DNA of 64,000 nucleotides, taken from positions 26,910,001 to 26,974,000 of the forward strand of contig NC_045696.1 of assembly GCF_009834535.1 (NCBI RefSeq), in the 5' to 3' direction. This stretch comes from Camelus ferus (lineage: Eukaryota). A program made the position numbers and the translations under genes. The notes below the pieces were generated by a model, which ran no database searches, was not told the origin of the DNA, and worked only from the letters and a program-made list of their open reading frames with translations. Positions within the stretch are counted from its first letter, which is position 1; each line of letters starts with the position of its first letter. Shown one piece after another: positions 63,224 through 64,000 of this stretch.

Positions 63224-63830
63224 TGTGATGGTTAATTTTATGTGTTAACTCGACCAGGCCACAGGGGCCCCAGACATTTGGTCAAACATTATTCTGAGTG
63301 TGTCTGTGAGGATGTTTTAGCTGAGATTAATATCTGAATCAGTAGCCTGAGAATATCAAGATTCCTCTCCTCCCCAACATGAGTGGTCTTCATCGAATCT
63401 GTTGAAGGCCTGAATGGAACAAAAAGGCTGACCCTCCTGCAAGGGAGGGGATTCCTCCTGCCAGACTACATGAGCTGGGACACTGATCTCTTTCTCTCTT
63501 TGGTCTTGAACTGAAATGTCACCTCTTCTTGGGTCTTGAGCCTGTCAGCTTTCAAACTAGAACCTCAGCTCTCCTGGTTCTCAAGACTTTGGACTCAAAC
63601 TGGAACTACCCTGTTGGTTCTCTTGGGTCTCCAGCTTACCAACTACAGATTTGGGGATTTCTCAGTTTCCATAGTCATGTGAACTACCTTATAATATATA
63701 CTTTTACTATATATATATACATGTTTTCTTATATAGTGATTTAAGGAAATAATAATATAGTCCTTATAGCTCATATTTGATATATTTTTCTCCATATATA
63801 TGTATATCTCCTGTTGGTTCTGTTCTCTGT
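63224..63830 (+). mobile_element. MLT2 (ERVL) solo LTR with TA-rich expansion
   Basis: TGTGATGGTTAATTTTATGTGT start, tttggtcaaacattattctg, ctgttgaaggcctgaat, ctcctgttggttctgtt end. Confidence 0.9.
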
Positions 63831-64000
63831 TTTTCTATAACACATTAAGTTATAGATGCATTTAAGTAAATGTAGCTACATACCAGATCAGTTCCCTTTC
63901 ATCAAATAACTTGAGAGAAAACAGCAGCCTGTTCCCAAATGTGAGTTTAGTTAATTTGGATATTTATCCAATAATGTGATCTTTACTTGGGAAAGAACAG

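Noticed and set aside
1..64000. CRISPR array or prokaryotic-type defence or operon system
   Set aside because: There are no regularly spaced repeat-spacer units and no gene-dense coding; the sequence is eutherian repeat-rich DNA

Overview
This is AT-rich, CpG-depleted mammalian genomic DNA, most likely camelid (alpaca, llama or camel). The evidence is five tRNA-Ala-derived SINEs of Vic-1 type and artiodactyl-type LINE-1 3' ends. I recognise no host protein-coding gene, RNA gene or CRISPR array. The supplied ORFs are mostly chance frames or microsatellite translations; a few are decayed transposon frames (Tigger1 transposase, retroviral protease). Layered transposable elements dominate the window: about 18 ERV1-type solo LTRs (11 MER34-like, one MER41-like with an intact STAT/GAS site), a near-complete MaLR provirus carrying three later LTR insertions, a fossil ERVL-class pro-pol fragment, a full-length but dead Tigger1 nested in MER81 nested in L2, three MLT2 LTRs, and L1/L2/MIR remnants. 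Non-repeat islands contain candidate regulatory motifs and a speculative chain of phase-compatible minus-strand exons. I found no convincing novel biological system. Repeat family names come from recalled consensus sequences, not database searches. Boundaries without target-site duplications (TSDs) are approximate.
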